64,000 nt of DNA, from NCBI GenBank assembly GCA_963827565.1, contig CAWHBG010000001.1, forward strand, positions 348,575 to 412,574, in the 5' to 3' direction. The translations under genes were made by a program, and so were the position numbers. Origin of the DNA: Candidatus Aminicenantes bacterium (GTDB lineage: Bacteria; Acidobacteriota; Aminicenantia; UBA2199). Below, piece after piece: positions 18,666 through 28,959 of the stretch; positions within the stretch are counted from its first letter, which is position 1, and each line of letters begins with the position of its first letter. The notes beneath the pieces are model-generated. The model did no database searches. It was given only the letters and a program-made list of their open reading frames with translations, and had not been told where the DNA came from.

Positions 18666-20111
18666 ATGGCCATCTCCTGGATCACTTTTCTTGTTTATGC
18701 CGGGATAACTCTGTTGTTGGGGAGATTTGCGGCAAAGAAGACAGGAGATGGTGAAGATTTCTGGACTGCCGGAAGGGATCTCACACCTTTATCCGTGGGA
18801 CTCTCCCTTTCTGCAGGATTCATGTCGATCTCATGGTCATGTGTCTATGCAGTTCAACTTTTTTACTGGTATGGCGCAGGTGCATTGTGGCTGGTAACTA
18901 TCCCCTGGATAATATCATTGACAGGGATTTATTTTCTGTCAAAGAAGTATCACGGATTATCATCCTTCAGCCAGCCGGAGATGATCGAGAAGAGGTTTGG
19001 TAAAAGTTTAAAAAAGGTTGTTGCTCTTGCTCTTGCATTTGTGTTCCTTGTCTGGGGCGGAGCGGAGATATATGTGGCATCAGTTCTCCTCGCGCCTGAT
19101 CTTAAGATAAGTGTCGACCTTGTTATAATAATTATCAGTATCTTCATAGCCTTTTATACTGTATCAGGAGGTTTCCGGGCTGTTATACTGACCGATAAGC
19201 TTCAATACTCGATTGTCGCTGTTTACATTTTTATTATGGGTTTCCTGGCGTGGAAAGGTTTGAAGGTTAATGAGATAGACATATTCAGCATTCCGGCATC
19301 AGGAGTCAAGTCCGGAGTTCCATGGAAAGATATTTTCTCTCCGGGGATAGCTCTCATATCACTTACACTTATTGCCTACCTTCCCGGTTGGCTCTTCGAG
19401 ACAGATCTCTGGCTGAGGATACAGGCGGCAAAAAACAGCCGGTCGGCCAAAAGAGGGGTCATGATAGCTGGGGTGAACAGTATTATTTTTGTAGGGATCC
19501 TGCCGCTATTTATCGGAATTTCAGCCCTTTATCTTTTTCCCTCGGAGAATGGCGTTTTCCCCGCCGTAGTAGGAAACGAAGGTGATGCTATTTTTTCGGC
19601 TCTGCTCCTGAAGTATGCACCCGAATGGGTGAGATTATTCTCCTCACTGGGGCTGGTTGCAGCGGCTATGTCCACCATTGATACCTGTATCAATGTTATG
19701 GCTTTGAGTATCGGATATGATATTGCCGAGATCAGGTCAAAGAGAGATCCGAAAAAGTCATCCAGAATATTTACACTTCTATCAGTAATTCTGACAACAG
19801 CTTTTGCATTGTTTATAACGTCTCTCTGGGATATTTTTTATCTCTCATCCGGAATACTTACAACTGCAGTTGCCCTTCCTGTTGCATCTGTTTTTATTAA
19901 ACGGGTCAAAGCAAAACCTCTGCTCTGGTCATCCATTGCAGGATTTGCCGGGACAACAATTTTTTATTTCCTTGAAAAAGCGCAGTTCTTCAGAAATATT
20001 GAACCGGAATTCCTGCTGAACTCAGGTGTGGGATTTATTTTCTTCGGGATAATTGCTGCGGTCTCAGGTTATTCTGCAGGGCTTTATTTTGTAAAATCGG
20101 AAATAAATTGA
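18666..20111 (+). CDS. Sodium:solute symporter family protein
   Basis: About 13 TM segments, FWTAGRDL, GGFRAVILTDKLQ, RIQAAK, AAAMSTID. Confidence 0.88.
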   Translation: MAISWITFLVYAGITLLLGRFAAKKTGDGEDFWTAGRDLTPLSVGLSLSAGFMSISWSCVYAVQLFYWYGAGALWLVTIPWIISLTGIYFLSKKYHGLSSFSQPEMIEKRFGKSLKKVVALALAFVFLVWGGAEIYVASVLLAPDLKISVDLVIIIISIFIAFYTVSGGFRAVILTDKLQYSIVAVYIFIMGFLAWKGLKVNEIDIFSIPASGVKSGVPWKDIFSPGIALISLTLIAYLPGWLFETDLWLRIQAAKNSRSAKRGVMIAGVNSIIFVGILPLFIGISALYLFPSENGVFPAVVGNEGDAIFSALLLKYAPEWVRLFSSLGLVAAAMSTIDTCINVMALSIGYDIAEIRSKRDPKKSSRIFTLLSVILTTAFALFITSLWDIFYLSSGILTTAVALPVASVFIKRVKAKPLLWSSIAGFAGTTIFYFLEKAQFFRNIEPEFLLNSGVGFIFFGIIAAVSGYSAGLYFVKSEIN

Positions 20112-20118
20112 TCCTCAA

Positions 20119-20145
20119 TGTAACTTTTTTTCTGTTTATACGTCT
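20119..20145 (+). promoter_or_regulatory. ECF-sigma-type promoter
   Basis: TGTAAC-N16-CGTCT; the same architecture recurs before the paralog at 22905. Confidence 0.55.
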
Positions 20146-20165
20146 TCTATTATTAGGAGAATCAG

Positions 20166-22832
20166 ATGAAAAAAATCATTGCATTAATATGGATCTTATT
20201 GTTATTCACAGCACTCCAGTTCTCAAAAATAAGTGATGACAAGGAAAAATGGATCTTCAAACAGAAAACGGAGGTAGCAGAACGGATTAAGGGAAAGGTG
20301 ATCATTGACGGGAAACTCAATGATCCTTCATGGCAGCGGGAATCGATCACGGGATTTACCCAGAACGATCCCGATGAAGGTAAACCTGCAACAGAGAAAA
20401 CAGAAGTATGGGTTGGCTATGATGATAATGCCATTTATATTGCGGCAAGGCTTCACGATTCTGAACCGGATAAAATCATCAGTCTTCTGGCAAGGAGGGA
20501 TAATTTTGTTGAATCGGACTATTTCCTGTTTTCTGTTGATCCTTACTATGATAGAAGAAGCGGATTCAAGTTTGCGGTTAATCCGACGGGATCGATTGTT
20601 GACTGGACATTAAACAATGACAGCTGGGATGATGATTCATGGGACGGTGTGTGGGAAGCAAAGACCAATATTGACGATAAAGGGTGGACGGTTGAGATGC
20701 GGATTCCTTTTGACCAATTAAGATTTAAAAAGAAAAAAGATGGAAAATATATTTGGGGGTGCAATTTTAAAAGGTATATAAAGAGAAAAAATGAAAATGC
20801 AACCTACTCATGGAAACCCAGAATTGAGAGCGGTGAAGTATCCCATTTTGCCAAATTGACAGGAATTGAGGGGATTAATCCCAAAAGACTTTTTGAATTG
20901 AATCCTTATATGATCGGGAAGGCCAACTTATCCCAGGAAGAGGAAGATAATCCGTTCCGGACAGGATCGGAATATAGTAGCAATGCAGGGGTTGATCTGA
21001 AATACGGACTGACCAGCAGTCTAACACTCGACCTTACGGCAAATCCCGATTTTGGCCAGGTGGAGGTCGATCCGGCTGTAATAAATCTCAGTGCCGGTGA
21101 AAGTTATTATTCTGAAAAGAGGCCTTTTTTTGTTGAGGGTTCACATATATTCAGCTTCGGAAATGGTGGGGCCACATCCAATTGGGGTGCTAATTGGGGG
21201 AGTCCTCAATTTTTTTACAGCAGACGTATAGGGAGACCACCTCAAGGTTCAGTTGATACTGACGGGTTTACAAATTATCCTGAGTGGACCAAAATTCTGA
21301 CTGCTGCAAAAGTGAGTGGAAAGATCGGGAAAGGATGGAGTCTCGGTGTGATGACCGCTTTTACGCAACGTGAATATGCCCAGATCGATCTTGATGGAAC
21401 AAGATCCGAAGGTGAGGTGGAACCGTTTTCAAACTATACTGTATTAAGGGCCCAGAAAGAGTTTAATAAAGGGAAGCAGGGTCTGGGATTCATAGCAACA
21501 TCTGTATTAAGAGATACAAGTAATGAAGATATTGCTTCGATGATGAACAAGGAAGCTTATGGCTTCGGAATAGACGGTTGGTCAGCTCTGGATAAAGATA
21601 AAACATGGGTCGCAACCGGATGGTTTGGCTTCAGTCAGGTGAAAGGAACAAAAGAGAGGATCACCGATCTTCAGATGGGTTTCCCCCATTACTACCAGCG
21701 GCCGGATAATGATTATAGGGAATTAGATGAAAATGCGACATCATTGAGCGGATACTCGGGAAGATTTGCAGTAAACAAAGAGAGGGGAAACCTGATGTTC
21801 AATGCTGCGATCGGGTTCATCTCTCCGGGTTTTGACTCAAGAGATATGGGATTTCAATGGGATGGAGATATTATCAACGGCCATATCATGGTCGGTTACA
21901 AATCTTACAAAAAGTGGAAGTTTATAAAAGACTGGGTTGTTTTTCTGCTTACTCAGAGAAATTATAATTTCGGCGGCGACAAGGTCGGGGAACAGCGGCT
22001 TATTCTCATTAATAATACTACATTTACAAATTTCTGGATCTTTTCCTTTCAATGGAGCCACAATCCCCAAATGTGGGACAGTACCAGAACAAGAGGCGGC
22101 CCGTTGATGTTATTGCGGAGGTATAATTGGCTGGATTGGTGGGTGGACAGTGACGGAAGGAAACCATTTGTATTCGGATTCGGAACATACCATCTTATGA
22201 GTGATTGGGGAAGGTCTCGCGACTTATTCTCTATGAGTCTCCGGTGGAAACCGGGATCTAACTTCAACATGTCAGTATCTCCCAGTTATGAAAAAAATAT
22301 AAACGGCTCTCAATGGGTAGGGAATTTTGATGATCCTGTGATGCAGTCAACATACGGTACAAGATATGTGTTCGGAGATCTTGACCAGGATACAATCTCG
22401 TTGACACTCAGGCTTAACTGGATATTTTCGCCGAAACTCAGCCTTCAGGCATATATTCAGCCGTTCATTTCTGTTGGACATTATAGAAGTTTTTCAGAGT
22501 TTGCCGATCCGAAAACCTACAATTTCAATAAGTATGGAGAAGGAAATTCCACTGTGTCCTATAGTGATGAAGAATATACTATTGATCCCGGGGATGGTGG
22601 AGAGAAGGTGGTTTTCAGTGATCCTGATTTTAATTATAAATCTCTCAGAGGAACTGTTGTTCTCAGGTGGGAATACAAGGCCGGTTCATCATTGTTCCTG
22701 GTCTGGACACAGAATCGTGCTGATTACGGTAATCCCGGAGATCTTTCATTCAGACGTGATCTTTCAGACATGCTGAGCGCTCCCGGTGATAACATTTTTA
22801 TGCTGAAATTCACCTACAGATTCAAGATGTAG
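20166..22832 (+). CDS. CBM9-like + DUF5916 domain outer-membrane-associated protein (copy 1)
   Basis: Signal peptide, IIDGKLNDPSW and WTVEMRIPF (CBM9-like), DLTANPDFGQVEVD and EKRPFF..FYSRRIG (DUF5916), aromatic C-terminal strand. Confidence 0.85.
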   Translation: MKKIIALIWILLLFTALQFSKISDDKEKWIFKQKTEVAERIKGKVIIDGKLNDPSWQRESITGFTQNDPDEGKPATEKTEVWVGYDDNAIYIAARLHDSEPDKIISLLARRDNFVESDYFLFSVDPYYDRRSGFKFAVNPTGSIVDWTLNNDSWDDDSWDGVWEAKTNIDDKGWTVEMRIPFDQLRFKKKKDGKYIWGCNFKRYIKRKNENATYSWKPRIESGEVSHFAKLTGIEGINPKRLFELNPYMIGKANLSQEEEDNPFRTGSEYSSNAGVDLKYGLTSSLTLDLTANPDFGQVEVDPAVINLSAGESYYSEKRPFFVEGSHIFSFGNGGATSNWGANWGSPQFFYSRRIGRPPQGSVDTDGFTNYPEWTKILTAAKVSGKIGKGWSLGVMTAFTQREYAQIDLDGTRSEGEVEPFSNYTVLRAQKEFNKGKQGLGFIATSVLRDTSNEDIASMMNKEAYGFGIDGWSALDKDKTWVATGWFGFSQVKGTKERITDLQMGFPHYYQRPDNDYRELDENATSLSGYSGRFAVNKERGNLMFNAAIGFISPGFDSRDMGFQWDGDIINGHIMVGYKSYKKWKFIKDWVVFLLTQRNYNFGGDKVGEQRLILINNTTFTNFWIFSFQWSHNPQMWDSTRTRGGPLMLLRRYNWLDWWVDSDGRKPFVFGFGTYHLMSDWGRSRDLFSMSLRWKPGSNFNMSVSPSYEKNINGSQWVGNFDDPVMQSTYGTRYVFGDLDQDTISLTLRLNWIFSPKLSLQAYIQPFISVGHYRSFSEFADPKTYNFNKYGEGNSTVSYSDEEYTIDPGDGGEKVVFSDPDFNYKSLRGTVVLRWEYKAGSSLFLVWTQNRADYGNPGDLSFRRDLSDMLSAPGDNIFMLKFTYRFKM

Positions 22833-22904
22833 TTACAGATATTGATTGTAGTAGAGTATTTTGCAGGCCTTTAACTTATAAACACGACTTGTATTAATTT
22901 TAAT

Positions 22905-22931
22905 TTAAACTTTTCTTCCACTTTCACGTCT
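22905..22931 (+). promoter_or_regulatory. ECF-sigma-type promoter
   Basis: TTAAAC-N16-CGTCT upstream of an AGGAG SD. Confidence 0.5.
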
Positions 22932-22951
22932 ATTAATATTAGGAGAATTAA

Positions 22952-25621
22952 ATGAAGAGAATTGTTGCACTAATATTAATTTTATTATTATTTACGGCAT
23001 TTCAGTATTCCAAGAAGAGTGATGAAAAGGAGAAATGGGTATTTAAACAGAAGACTGAAATTGCAGAAAAGATAAAGGATAAAATAATTATTGATGGGAA
23101 ATTAACGGAAAGTTCCTGGAAGAGGCAGGCAATCACCGGTTTTACCCAGATCGATCCGGATGAGGGGAAACCCGCGACAGAGAAAACGGATGTATGGATC
23201 GGGTATGATGATCATGCAATTTATATTGCCGCAAGAATGTACGATCAGGAACCGGAAAAAATAATCAGTCTCCTTGCCCGAAGGGATAATTTTGTTGAAG
23301 CGGATTATTTTCTATTTTATGTAGATCCCTATTATGACAGGCGTAGCGGTTTCAAGTTTGCCGTCAATCCTTCAGGCTCTATCGCTGATTGTACTGTATA
23401 CAATGATGGCTGGGAGGACAGTTCCTGGGACGGGGTTTGGGAAGCAAAGACCAAAATTGATAAAAAGGGGTGGGTCGCTGAGATGAGAATACCGTTTGAT
23501 CAATTAAGGTTTAAAAAGAAAAATAATAGTGATGAGTATACCTGGGGATTTAACTTCAGGAGATATATCAGAAGAAAGAACGAGATCGCGACGTATTCCT
23601 GGATACCGAAGACTGAAAGCGGCCAGGTTTCCCATTATGCTAAATTGACCGGGATCAAGGGGATCAAACCTTCACGTCTTTTTGAATTAAATCCTTATGT
23701 AATTGCGAAGGCTAACTTATCACAGGCGGAAGAGGGAAATCCGTTCAGGACCGGCTCAGAATACAGTGGGAATGCCGGAATTGATCTCAAATACGGACTC
23801 AGCAGCAGTCTCACACTGGACCTTACGGCAAATCCCGATTTTGGACAGGTGGAAGTGGATCCGGCAGTGATCAATCTCAGCGCCGGTGAAAGTTATTATT
23901 CTGAAAAGAGGCCGTTTTTTGTGGAAGGATCACATATCTTTGGTTTCGGCCGGGGAGGTGCTTCTGACAGAATCGGGGCAGATTGGGGGGACCCTTCTTT
24001 CTTTTACAGCCGGCGAATCGGAAGACCGCCACAAGGAAGCGTAGATACGGATGGTTATACCGATTATCCGGAATGGACCACCATTTTAACTGCTGCGAAG
24101 TTGAGCGGGAAGATCGGCAAAGACTGGAGCCTCGGTGTCATGACCGCTTTTACCCAGAGGGAATATGCCCAGATCGATCTTGATGGGGCGAGATCTGAAG
24201 GCGAGGTGGAACCGTTCACAAATTTTACTGTACTGAGAGCTCAGAAAGAGTTCAATAACGGGAGACAGGGTCTCGGTTTCATCGCCACTTCCGTTCTAAG
24301 GGATATACAATCCGAAGATATGGCCTCAATGATGAATAAAGAGGCATACAGTTTCGGAATTGACGGATGGACCTTTCTTGATAAAAAAAAAGTATGGGTC
24401 TTGACCGGGTGGATGGGTGGTACACAGGTGAAAGGAACGAAAGAGAGGATCACTGATATTCAGATGGGATTTCCCCATTATTACCAGCGGCCTGATAATG
24501 ACTACAAGGAAGTTGATGAGAATTCAACATCTCTGAGCGGATATGCGGGAAGATTCACACTGAATAAAGAGAAGGGGAATTTTCTGTTCAATGCAGCCCT
24601 CGGGTTCATATCCCCAGGTTTTGACTCAAGGGATATGGGGTTTCAATATGACGGGGATATTATCAATGCGCATGTGATGGTGGGATACCGATCCTATAAA
24701 AAATGGATGTTCATAAAGAACTGGAATCTCCTTGCATTTACCCAGCGGAATTATAATTTCGGAGGGGATAAAGTTGGAGAACAAAGACTTATTCTGATCA
24801 ACAATATAACATTTACCAATTTCTGGAGCTTTTACTGGCAGTTAAGCCATAATCCGCAGATGTGGGATGCTTCAAGAACCCGTGGCGGCCCATTGATGCG
24901 TCTTCAGAGGCACAACTGGATAGATTGGTGGGTCAACAGTGACGGGAGAAAACCATTCGTAATTGGTTTCGGAGCTTTTCATCTGATGAGTGATTGGGGA
25001 AGGTCAAGAGAAACGTTTAGTTTTGATCTAAGGTGGAAACCGGGTTCCAACTTCAACATGTCGATCTCACCCGGTTACGAGAAGAATAAAAACGGATCAC
25101 AATGGGTTGGTAACTTTGACGATCCGGTCATGTCATCGACTTATGGTACCAGATATGTGTTCGGTGATATTGATCAGGATACACTATCATTAACGCTGAG
25201 ACTCAACTGGATCTTCTCACCCAAACTCAGTTTGCAGGCATATATTCAGCCATTTATTTCTGTAGGTCACTACAAGAGTTTTTCTGAATTTGCCGAACCG
25301 AAAACCTATAATTTTAATAAGTATGGAGAGGGAGGTTCAGTTGTTTCCCTGGAGGATGATGTTTATACTATCGATCCTGGTGATGGTGGTGATAAAGTTG
25401 TCTTTGATAATCCTGATTTTAATTATAAGTCTCTTCGGGGAACAGTTGTCCTCAGATGGGAATACAGCCTTGGATCAACCTTATATCTTGTCTGGACACA
25501 GAACCGGGCTGATTTCGGGAATCCCGGAGATCTTTCATTCAGACGTGATCTTTCAGACATGCTGAGCGCGCCCGGTGATAACATCTTTATGCTGAAATTT
25601 ACTTACAGATTCAAGATGTAA
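22952..25621 (+). CDS. CBM9-like + DUF5916 domain protein (tandem copy 2)
   Basis: Colinear and highly similar to 20166..22832 over the full length. Confidence 0.85.
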   Translation: MKRIVALILILLLFTAFQYSKKSDEKEKWVFKQKTEIAEKIKDKIIIDGKLTESSWKRQAITGFTQIDPDEGKPATEKTDVWIGYDDHAIYIAARMYDQEPEKIISLLARRDNFVEADYFLFYVDPYYDRRSGFKFAVNPSGSIADCTVYNDGWEDSSWDGVWEAKTKIDKKGWVAEMRIPFDQLRFKKKNNSDEYTWGFNFRRYIRRKNEIATYSWIPKTESGQVSHYAKLTGIKGIKPSRLFELNPYVIAKANLSQAEEGNPFRTGSEYSGNAGIDLKYGLSSSLTLDLTANPDFGQVEVDPAVINLSAGESYYSEKRPFFVEGSHIFGFGRGGASDRIGADWGDPSFFYSRRIGRPPQGSVDTDGYTDYPEWTTILTAAKLSGKIGKDWSLGVMTAFTQREYAQIDLDGARSEGEVEPFTNFTVLRAQKEFNNGRQGLGFIATSVLRDIQSEDMASMMNKEAYSFGIDGWTFLDKKKVWVLTGWMGGTQVKGTKERITDIQMGFPHYYQRPDNDYKEVDENSTSLSGYAGRFTLNKEKGNFLFNAALGFISPGFDSRDMGFQYDGDIINAHVMVGYRSYKKWMFIKNWNLLAFTQRNYNFGGDKVGEQRLILINNITFTNFWSFYWQLSHNPQMWDASRTRGGPLMRLQRHNWIDWWVNSDGRKPFVIGFGAFHLMSDWGRSRETFSFDLRWKPGSNFNMSISPGYEKNKNGSQWVGNFDDPVMSSTYGTRYVFGDIDQDTLSLTLRLNWIFSPKLSLQAYIQPFISVGHYKSFSEFAEPKTYNFNKYGEGGSVVSLEDDVYTIDPGDGGDKVVFDNPDFNYKSLRGTVVLRWEYSLGSTLYLVWTQNRADFGNPGDLSFRRDLSDMLSAPGDNIFMLKFTYRFKM

Positions 25622-25684
25622 GTACTGGAATTAATTTTAGTTTTTGTACTTGAATTAGGTGAAAATGGGTAGTATTATTGTCAG

Positions 25685-26533
25685 ATGAAAATAATGCCCG
25701 GCTACCGCCGAAAGAAGAACAGACCTGAAGTTCCGATTGAACTTTCAAAAAAGATAAGGGGACTCTCCTGTACCGGGACGAAACGGGCTGTTTTTGATCT
25801 GGACAATACTATACTTAACGGTGACATCGGGGATGCCCTTTTCTGCCGTCTTAAAAATCTTGAATCCAGAGATAAGGTGAGGGTTGACGGCAAAGTGATC
25901 GGTTTTTCATGGAATGACTATACCAGGATGATCTCTGAAGGGGATAAAGAGAATGCATACAGGCGAATAACGGCCTGTATGGAATATATACCACCGAGTT
26001 TGATAGCAGATCTTACAAGAGAGTTGATGAACAGCGATTTCAGGTACATCGAACATTCAGAAGAACAGATCCCGATCCCGCACATTGATCCCGGAATGAG
26101 GTCATTGATAGATCTTTTAAAAAAGGAAAATTTTGATATTTATGTGATCTCCGCCAGTAATTCAATTTCAGTAAAAGTAATTGCCGGAGAATACCTTGAA
26201 CTGGATCACGATCATGCCTTCGGTATAGAAACTGAAATACAGAAAGACGGAGATGGGGGGGAACTGCTGACTGGCCTTCTGAAGGAACCGGCACCTGTTA
26301 ATGTTGGTAAGGCGGAACTCTATCGCTTGTTTATAAGTGAGGATATGCCTTTGATTACTGCAGGGGATTCTGAACTTGACCTTCCGATGCTTGACCTGAT
26401 CGAAGGTGGAGGGATTGTGTTATGGCGGGGAGAAGAGGATTCTGTATTTGAACGACTTAAAGATCTTACCGGAGGCAGGGCAGAGGTGATATCACTCAGT
26501 AAGGCCGGTTTCAATTCGGGAGTTTCCGAATGA
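25685..26533 (+). CDS. HAD-superfamily hydrolase (type IB, phosphoserine/phosphorylcholine phosphatase-like)
   Basis: FDLDNT motif I, ISAS motif II, GK motif III, AGDSELD motif IV. Confidence 0.8.
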   Translation: MKIMPGYRRKKNRPEVPIELSKKIRGLSCTGTKRAVFDLDNTILNGDIGDALFCRLKNLESRDKVRVDGKVIGFSWNDYTRMISEGDKENAYRRITACMEYIPPSLIADLTRELMNSDFRYIEHSEEQIPIPHIDPGMRSLIDLLKKENFDIYVISASNSISVKVIAGEYLELDHDHAFGIETEIQKDGDGGELLTGLLKEPAPVNVGKAELYRLFISEDMPLITAGDSELDLPMLDLIEGGGIVLWRGEEDSVFERLKDLTGGRAEVISLSKAGFNSGVSE

Positions 26534-27420
26534 GAATAGTAACTCGCCCCGATTTTGACGGTGTTGTATGCGCTGCTCTTCTGAAGGAAGTAGTGGATAT
26601 TTCCGAACCTGTACTCTGGGTGGAACCGGTAAAAATAAATAACAGAGCAGTAGAAATAAAGGAGGGTGATATATTAGCAAATCTTCCTTATGATGAGAGA
26701 TGCAGCTTATGGTTTGACCACCATTTCACCAATTCTGTTAATGCGGATTTTAAGGGTGAGTTCAGATTGGCACCCTCTGCAGCCGGAATCATATATAATT
26801 ATTATAGAGATAGATTTAAAAGAAATTTTGACAAGCTTGTAAGAGAAACTGACAGGATAGATTCAGCAAGACTTACTCAGGAAGAGATCATCCTTCCAAA
26901 AACAAATCTTTTTGTGTTGCTCTCCTTCACGATCAAGGGGAACAATATGGAAAATGCTGACTATTGGAATAAGGTTGTAGAGCTTATCAGAACGAAAGAT
27001 ATAGAGGAGATAATTGAAGATAGTGATGTAAAACTCAGGATAAACAGGGAAATTGAAAATGATCTCCGTTATAAAGAGTATCTGATCGAGCACACAACAA
27101 TTGATGAAGGTGTATCAATTACTGATTTCAGACCGTTTGTCTCTGTCCCTTCAGGTAACAGGTTCCTGGTTTTTTCTCTTTTCCCTGACACTTATGCAAA
27201 TATTAAGATAAGAAATTCAGATGAAAATGACGGCAAAGTAATCCTCAGTGCAGGGCATAGTATCTTTAACAGGAAATGCAGAGTCCATTGCGGGAAACTG
27301 GTTGCCAGGTTCGGTGGCGGAGGTCACTTCGGTGCCGGCTCATGCAGTTGTAATGAAAATGTTTTTGAGAAGTCTAAGGATTTTATTATTTCAACATTGA
27401 AGAATAATGTGGAAATATGA
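26530..27420 (+). CDS. DHH-family phosphoesterase (exopolyphosphatase/nanoRNase-like)
   Basis: TRPDFDG, WFDHH, PSAA, GGGGH motifs. Confidence 0.8.
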   Translation: MRIVTRPDFDGVVCAALLKEVVDISEPVLWVEPVKINNRAVEIKEGDILANLPYDERCSLWFDHHFTNSVNADFKGEFRLAPSAAGIIYNYYRDRFKRNFDKLVRETDRIDSARLTQEEIILPKTNLFVLLSFTIKGNNMENADYWNKVVELIRTKDIEEIIEDSDVKLRINREIENDLRYKEYLIEHTTIDEGVSITDFRPFVSVPSGNRFLVFSLFPDTYANIKIRNSDENDGKVILSAGHSIFNRKCRVHCGKLVARFGGGGHFGAGSCSCNENVFEKSKDFIISTLKNNVEI

Positions 27421-27430
27421 GAGAGGATAA

Positions 27431-28306
27431 ATGAAGAATAAATATTCAAGCCTGATGCTGGTATTAGTTATTGCAGTATTTTCAGTACAAGTGCTTACTG
27501 CAAAATCTTTTTTATGGGAAGTGGAAGTCAGTGGAGTTAAAAGTTATATCCTTGGATCGATCCATATGCTGAAAAAAAGTGCTTTTCCCTTAAAAGATGA
27601 ACTGGAGTCGGGATTCAGGTCCTGCGATTTTCTTGCCGTGGAGGCTGATATATCAGCTGAGAATATGGGCGAGATATTAAAGATAACAATGGAGAAAGCC
27701 GGATATAAGGACGGATCGAAATTAAGTGATCATATTTCTGCAGATACGATGGAACTGGCCAGGACTCGTCTTAATAAACTTAATATGTCCATTGACTATT
27801 TTGAAAACTTTAAACCATGGTTTCTTGCAATGTCAATAACAAGCATGGAGTTGATGAAGCTAGGTTTTGATCCAAATATGGGTGTTGATAAATATTTTAT
27901 TAATAAATTGGGAAAAAAAAAGATCCTTGAATTGGAAGGCATCCCATTTCAGATAGGGATATTTGACAGATTTTCCGATAAAGAGAACGATATGTTTCTC
28001 CGTTCAAGCCTGAATGAGGCCGATTCTCTTGGTGAAAATGTAGATTCCATGGTTAAGGCCTGGAAGGAAGGTGATGTAGAGGGACTTGCAAAAATTGTGA
28101 CTGAGAACAGAAATAAGGAAACTGAGCTATCTCAAATCTTCAAAATAATAATAGATGACAGAAATGTAACCATGACCGAAAAAATTCAAAAATGGTTAAA
28201 CAGCGGAGCAAGCTATTTTATCATTGTCGGTTCCGCTCACCTTGTCGGAGATAAGGGTATTATTCACCTATTGAGCAAAAAGGGATTTACTTTGAAACAG
28301 ATATAA
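27431..28306 (+). CDS. TraB/GumN family protein
   Basis: FLWEV..SYILGSIH, GVD, LE..Q, DDRN, VGSAHL.G; signal peptide. Confidence 0.88.
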   Translation: MKNKYSSLMLVLVIAVFSVQVLTAKSFLWEVEVSGVKSYILGSIHMLKKSAFPLKDELESGFRSCDFLAVEADISAENMGEILKITMEKAGYKDGSKLSDHISADTMELARTRLNKLNMSIDYFENFKPWFLAMSITSMELMKLGFDPNMGVDKYFINKLGKKKILELEGIPFQIGIFDRFSDKENDMFLRSSLNEADSLGENVDSMVKAWKEGDVEGLAKIVTENRNKETELSQIFKIIIDDRNVTMTEKIQKWLNSGASYFIIVGSAHLVGDKGIIHLLSKKGFTLKQI

Positions 28307-28410
28307 GCAGACCCGATATTGTGATATAATTCATCACTGATAACAATATGAAACTTAGTTACAAACATTCCCCGAATTGGATGGTCAGCCTTGAGGGAAA
28401 GAAAAAGTAA

Positions 28411-28959
28411 ATGAACCTGAAAACTTTTTTTGATAAAGCTTTGGTAAGAAGTGAATTCGAATTATTACTTGATGACAAAAAAAATATTCATGAACATCAT
28501 TATAAAAAATTTGATCCTGCGCCTGAGGCAATATCCTTACTCAGATCGATAAACAGTCAGAGGGTTCTGGTTATAACTGAGCCGTGGTGTGGAGATTCAC
28601 TTGCATTTCTCCCGGTTTTACTGAAAATGGGAGATATTAACGGAAATTGGGACATCAGAATAGCTCTCCGTTCTGAGAATGAAGATCTTATGAACAGATT
28701 TCTTACAAAAGGTGGGAAAGCGATCCCTGTCTTTCTTTTCATGAAGCCGGACTATTCATTGATGTTCCGTTGGGGACCAAGACCGGCGAGTGCTCAGAAG
28801 TTATTTGAAAGTTATCGGGAAAAGATAGATTCCGGTGATATAGAAATGAAAGATGTCCATCTGAAACTGAGAAAATTATATGCTGCCGATAGAGGGAATG
28901 AATTGATGTGTACAATAATTGAAGAGTTAAAAAATCGAAAAAATAACGGAGGAAGTTAG
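28411..28959 (+). CDS. Thioredoxin-family protein (monothiol WCGDS)
   Basis: VITEPWCGDS, GGKAIP, WGPRP. Confidence 0.82.
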   Translation: MNLKTFFDKALVRSEFELLLDDKKNIHEHHYKKFDPAPEAISLLRSINSQRVLVITEPWCGDSLAFLPVLLKMGDINGNWDIRIALRSENEDLMNRFLTKGGKAIPVFLFMKPDYSLMFRWGPRPASAQKLFESYREKIDSGDIEMKDVHLKLRKLYAADRGNELMCTIIEELKNRKNNGGS

